From contig JBBRLQ010000037.1 in assembly GCA_038231275.1 (NCBI GenBank), positions 1-64,000 on the forward strand: 64,000 bases of DNA, given 5' to 3'. The first letter of the stretch is position 1. Every line of letters begins with the position of its first letter. The translations under genes and the position numbers were made by a program. The stretch comes from Polyangiales bacterium (GTDB taxonomy: Bacteria > Myxococcota_A > Polyangia > Polyangiales > Polyangiaceae). The notes under the pieces were generated by a model that made no database searches, had not been told where the DNA came from, and saw only the letters and a program-made list of their open reading frames with translations. Of this stretch, positions 60,041 to 64,000 are shown piece by piece.

Positions 60041-61072
60041 ATGAACCCGCGACGAGTCTTTGGGACGTGGTTGGGCACTGCCTCCGCCGCCAGCGTTTGG
60101 CTCGTCGTCGCGACCGCGCGCGCCCAAGACGCACCGGCAGCGCCGACAGGAGCGCCGCCTCCCGACCCAAAGGCTATCGTCGAGGCTCCAAAAGCCGCCG
60201 ACGCGCCCGTCCTCGCCGAGAAGCTCGACGGGACGTCGGTCGCGCTCTCGGCCGGTGGCGTCCTCACGAGCGGCAATTCACGGCTCCTCGCGATCTCCGG
60301 CAGCGGCGCGTACGAGACACGCTTCGACAACAACGGCTTCGGCGCGTCGCTCCTCGGCAACTACGGCCAGGGCGCGGCGACCGGCAAGCCCGTCCAGGTG
60401 ACCGCGGAGAACCTCCAGGGTCGCCTTCGCTACGATCGGTACCTCACCGACGCGTTCGCGGTCTTCCTACTGAACACGGGCCGGCACGATCGCTTTCAAG
60501 GCCTCGCGTTTCGCTACAACCTCGATCCCGGCGTCAAATACCTCTTCTTGAAGAAGCCTTCGAACACGCTCTGGGGCGAGGCCGGTTACGATTTGCAGTA
60601 CGACGTCCGCCGCGACGAAGATCGCGCGGTGCTCGACGCGAACAAGAACCCGGTGGTCGACGCCGCCGGCAACCCGGTCCTGATCGACAAGACGAAGATC
60701 GACCACTCGACGCGCCTCTTCGCGGGCTTCAAGCACGGCTTCAACAAGGAGGTCACGCTCACGACCGGCGTCGAATACCTCCAAAGCGTCGTGGACTCCA
60801 CGCGCTACCGCTTGAACTTCGATGCGCTCATCGCCGCGAAGGTCGGCGCCGGGCTCGCGCTCGGCGTGGGGTTCTCGGCGCGGTACGATCATGATCCCCT
60901 TCCCGGAAAAGAGGACATCGATACGTCGACGACGGTCAGCCTCATCTACGCGTTCAGCGACGTGCCGGAGCCCGCAAAGAAGAAGACCTGCCCGTGCCCC
61001 GAGCCGGCTCCTCCGGCCCTGACGCCGGTGGACACGGCGCCGGCCGATCCTCCTCCGCCCCCGGGACCGTAG
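60041..61072 (+). CDS. DUF481-like outer membrane beta-barrel
   Basis: Signal peptide; SGNS, RYDRY, HDRFQGL, D.STTVSLIY. Confidence 0.8.
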   Translation: MNPRRVFGTWLGTASAASVWLVVATARAQDAPAAPTGAPPPDPKAIVEAPKAADAPVLAEKLDGTSVALSAGGVLTSGNSRLLAISGSGAYETRFDNNGFGASLLGNYGQGAATGKPVQVTAENLQGRLRYDRYLTDAFAVFLLNTGRHDRFQGLAFRYNLDPGVKYLFLKKPSNTLWGEAGYDLQYDVRRDEDRAVLDANKNPVVDAAGNPVLIDKTKIDHSTRLFAGFKHGFNKEVTLTTGVEYLQSVVDSTRYRLNFDALIAAKVGAGLALGVGFSARYDHDPLPGKEDIDTSTTVSLIYAFSDVPEPAKKKTCPCPEPAPPALTPVDTAPADPPPPPGP

Positions 61073-61137
61073 TCGAGCCCCGGACGCGACCATCGGGTTG
61101 CGGAGACGCGCCGCCGACGATGCGGTAGATCGGCGGC

Positions 61138-61665
61138 ATGTCCTCTTCCTCGAGCCGCCCTCCCTTCATCATCTCGACCGCCGACGTCCCCGAAACGACG
61201 CACCGCTACCCGAACAGCGACGAAGCGATGGCCTCCTCGCGCGCGATCGGACGGGCCGCGGGTCTCCTCAAGATCGGCCTGCACGCTCAGCGCCTTCTGC
61301 CGGGCCAGCGCATCTCGTGGCCGCACGCCGAATCGAAGGAAGAGGAGTTCGTCTACGTCCTCGAAGGCGAGGTCGACGCGTGGATCGACGGCGCGCTCCA
61401 TCGCATGAAGGCCGGCGACCTCGCGGCGTTCCCGTCCGGCACCGGCATCTGCCACACGTTCCTGAACGACGGCACGCGCGAGGCGACGCTCCTCGTGGGC
61501 GGCGAGGCGAACAAGCCCGACAACCGCATCGTCTACCCGCACCATGCGCACCGCCGCGGCGACATGCCGTGGAGCCACTGGTGGGACGACGCCCCCGCGC
61601 GGCCGCAAGGCCCGCACGACGGCGCCCCGAGCGCGCTTCGCGCGAAGAACGAGGCATCCAGGTAG
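61138..61665 (+). CDS. Cupin-domain protein
   Basis: HAESKEEEFVYVLEGE...GD..AFP.GTGICH. Confidence 0.9.
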   Translation: MSSSSSRPPFIISTADVPETTHRYPNSDEAMASSRAIGRAAGLLKIGLHAQRLLPGQRISWPHAESKEEEFVYVLEGEVDAWIDGALHRMKAGDLAAFPSGTGICHTFLNDGTREATLLVGGEANKPDNRIVYPHHAHRRGDMPWSHWWDDAPARPQGPHDGAPSALRAKNEASR

Positions 61666-61684
61666 TCTCGGATCGCCGAGGTTC

Positions 61685-62470
61685 ATGAATCATCGTCTCG
61701 TACGCGGCGCGGCCTTGCTCGGCGCCATCGGTGCCATGGCGTCGTTCGCGCCCTCGGCGCGCGCGGAGGATCTCTTCGAGGTCCAGGTGTTCCATGCGCG
61801 TGTGGTCCCGCGGGGCCATGTCGACGTCGAGCTTCACACCAACTACGCGGCGGTCGGACCGCGGCGCATCGCACGCGGCGAGGTGTCGTCGAACGGGACC
61901 CTCTACGAGCTCCTCGAGCCGAGCTACGGCATCGCGCCCGGTTGGGAGATCGCCGCGCACGTCCAGCAAGCGTTCCGCCCCGACGGCACGCTGCTGTGGG
62001 GCGGCGAGAAGCTACGCGTGATGAAGCTGTTCAACCCCGAGGACGAGGGCGGAGAGTGGCACTTCGCGCTGAACGCCGAGGGCGGCTATCAACCGGAGCG
62101 ATTCGATCCCGCGCGATGGGGAGTGGAGGTTCGTCCGATCCTCGAGTGGACGCCCGGTGTCGTGGACATCGACCTCAACCCGATCGTCGCGGTGCCCCTC
62201 GCAGGCGAGGACGCCGGCATCCCTCAGCTGATGCCGGCGATCTCGCTGCGCCTCGCGCTCGGCGCGATCGTGCAGCCATCGATCGAGTACTACGCGGAGC
62301 TTGGCCCCCTCACGCACATGACGCGCGCCGACATTCAACGTCACTACGTCTACGAGACCCTCGACGTCGTGCGATGGCGCGCCTGGATCCTCCACGCGGG
62401 CATCGGCCAAGGGCTGACGCGCTCGAGCACCACGTTCGTCGCGACGACGATCCTCGGGCACATCTTCTGA
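61685..62470 (+). CDS. Putative outer membrane beta-barrel protein
   Basis: Signal peptide, FEVQV, ELHTNY, EYYAELGP, terminal Phe. Confidence 0.7.
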   Translation: MNHRLVRGAALLGAIGAMASFAPSARAEDLFEVQVFHARVVPRGHVDVELHTNYAAVGPRRIARGEVSSNGTLYELLEPSYGIAPGWEIAAHVQQAFRPDGTLLWGGEKLRVMKLFNPEDEGGEWHFALNAEGGYQPERFDPARWGVEVRPILEWTPGVVDIDLNPIVAVPLAGEDAGIPQLMPAISLRLALGAIVQPSIEYYAELGPLTHMTRADIQRHYVYETLDVVRWRAWILHAGIGQGLTRSSTTFVATTILGHIF

Positions 62471-62576
62471 GAGCGTGGACGGAGGGCGACGGCGCGCTCT
62501 AAACCGCATTGAGACGGGGAATTTCTCGACTTCACGGGGGCGGACTGGGTCGAGTGCGAGCGTACGTCGGAGGGTC

Positions 62577-63971
62577 ATGCTTCGACCGCTCGCCGCCGCC
62601 GCTGCCGCCGTCGTCGCGTCGTGGACCGGCTGCCGGGCATCTTCACAGGACGCCGACGGCGCGGCCGCGTTCGATTCGTCCACGCCCTCGGCGGACGCGT
62701 CCCCGCCAGGCGATCCCTTTGATGCGGGAGGCGCGGCCGACACAGGCGGTAAGGCCGAAGACGCGCCCGTCGACGCGAGCAAGATTCGGTACGTCATCGT
62801 CCTCGTGAAAGAGAATCGGACCTTCGACAACCTGTTCGGCGCGTTTCCGGGCGCGGAGGGCACCCTCACCGCGAAGCTCTCTGACGGCGGAACCCTCGCG
62901 CGCCCCGTCGCCCCCATGCACGGCCTCGGGCGGGACATCTCGCATTCCCACGGCGCCGCGCGCATCGCCTACGCCGGCGGCGCCATGAACGGGTTCGATC
63001 TCCTCTACGGCGCGAATCCTCCCGACGGGGGACCGACCGACTACCTGCCGTTCGTCTACTACCCGCGCGAGCGCATCCCGAACTACTACGCGCTCGCCGA
63101 GAATAACGTGCTCTGCGACCACTTCTTCACGACGACGCTCGCCGACACCTTCGCCGGTCACCTCGCCACGATCGCCGCGCAGTCGCCGGCCTATGGCGAC
63201 CCCTCGTGTCCGACGTGCCCGACCCTCCCCGAGTGGGGATGCTTCGCGCCCGCCGCGACCTCCGTAGCGACGTACGATCCCCAGACCTGCGCGGTGTCGA
63301 CGTCCTTTCCGTGCTTCGACATCCCGAGCATCGTCAGCGTCTTGCCGCCTAGCGTGACGTGGCGCGCGTATGGACCGAGCTACGGCGGCGTCGTCAACAC
63401 GCCGTTCAACGCGATCCGCGCCGTCGGTGGCGTTCAAGCGATCCGCGACGCGCACTTCCGAGACGAGGACAACGCCGCGGCCGATCTCGCGAAGGGCGAT
63501 CAGGCGAACGTCACGTACATCAACGTCTCCTCGGGCGTCGCGAGCGAGCACCCGCCGGAAGACCCGTGCCCCGGCGAGAACTTCACGGTCGACATCGTGA
63601 ACGCCGTCATGAACGGCCCGCACTGGAACGAATCGGCGATCGTGATCACGTGGGACGACTGGGGTGGCCTCTACGATCACGTGCCGCCGCTGGTGAACCA
63701 GAAGACGTGCGCCAACGGCGAGTTCTTCAACACTGGGTTTCGCGTCCCCGCGATCGTCGTGTCGCCGTACGCGAAGAAGGGCTACGTGAAGCGCGGCGGC
63801 GCGGAGCAGGCGTCGATCCCTCGGCTCATCGAAGAGCTCTTCGGGCTCCCTTCCCTTCACACGCAGGACCCCCACGCGCGCGACACCTTCGCGGGCACGC
63901 TGCTCGACGCGTTCGACTTCACGACCCCGCCGCGGGCTCCTGCGCCGCTGACGCCTCGGTCGTGTTTGTGA
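62577..63971 (+). CDS. Phosphoesterase/phospholipase C (AcpA-like) family exported protein
   Basis: KENRTFDNLFG, DHFF, SEHP, TWDDWGGLYDHV, GFRVP..VVSPY. Confidence 0.9.
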   Translation: MLRPLAAAAAAVVASWTGCRASSQDADGAAAFDSSTPSADASPPGDPFDAGGAADTGGKAEDAPVDASKIRYVIVLVKENRTFDNLFGAFPGAEGTLTAKLSDGGTLARPVAPMHGLGRDISHSHGAARIAYAGGAMNGFDLLYGANPPDGGPTDYLPFVYYPRERIPNYYALAENNVLCDHFFTTTLADTFAGHLATIAAQSPAYGDPSCPTCPTLPEWGCFAPAATSVATYDPQTCAVSTSFPCFDIPSIVSVLPPSVTWRAYGPSYGGVVNTPFNAIRAVGGVQAIRDAHFRDEDNAAADLAKGDQANVTYINVSSGVASEHPPEDPCPGENFTVDIVNAVMNGPHWNESAIVITWDDWGGLYDHVPPLVNQKTCANGEFFNTGFRVPAIVVSPYAKKGYVKRGGAEQASIPRLIEELFGLPSLHTQDPHARDTFAGTLLDAFDFTTPPRAPAPLTPRSCL

Positions 63972-64000
63972 GCATGGACAACGTGTTCGTCGGTCAGTTC

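Noticed and set aside
63974..64000. ORF start at the right edge (MDNVFVGQF)
   Set aside because: Only nine codons visible; cannot be assigned

Overview
Very GC-rich DNA, most likely from a myxobacterium of the Polyangiaceae/Sorangiineae type (inferred from several Ser/Thr kinases, an FHA-sigma54 activator, PEGA proteins and Cys/Gly-rich lipoproteins). Positions 1-7187 are an accessory island at tRNA-Gly(CCC). It holds a complete 4.4-kb tyrosine-integrase element (43-bp att repeats, paired arm-type sites, three excisionase-like genes, one cargo gene). In tandem lies the end of a second, plasmid-like element (rep, parA broken by an amber codon, parG-like gene) that carries an IS21-type end. Just upstream of the tRNA is a ~515-nt, apparently non-coding and highly structured unit with its own promoter and terminator; it matches no RNA family I recognise and is the best candidate for a new system. 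The rest is core chromosome: guaA, dut, bamD, greA, recG, yfgM-like/bamB-like genes, TrmH and RluA RNA-modifying enzymes, a HelD-like ATPase, a Crp plus class II PDE pair, and groES-groEL with a CIRCE operator. A 28-bp dif site at 35994-36021, where KOPS-like octamers switch strand, marks the replication terminus. Also notable: a canonical-type PARG-like gene, a pseudokinase-phosphoesterase pair, and a GAFTGA-less enhancer-binding protein plus kinase cassette flanked by inverted motifs. All calls come from motif recognition by eye; no searches or folding programs were run, and many start codons are approximate.
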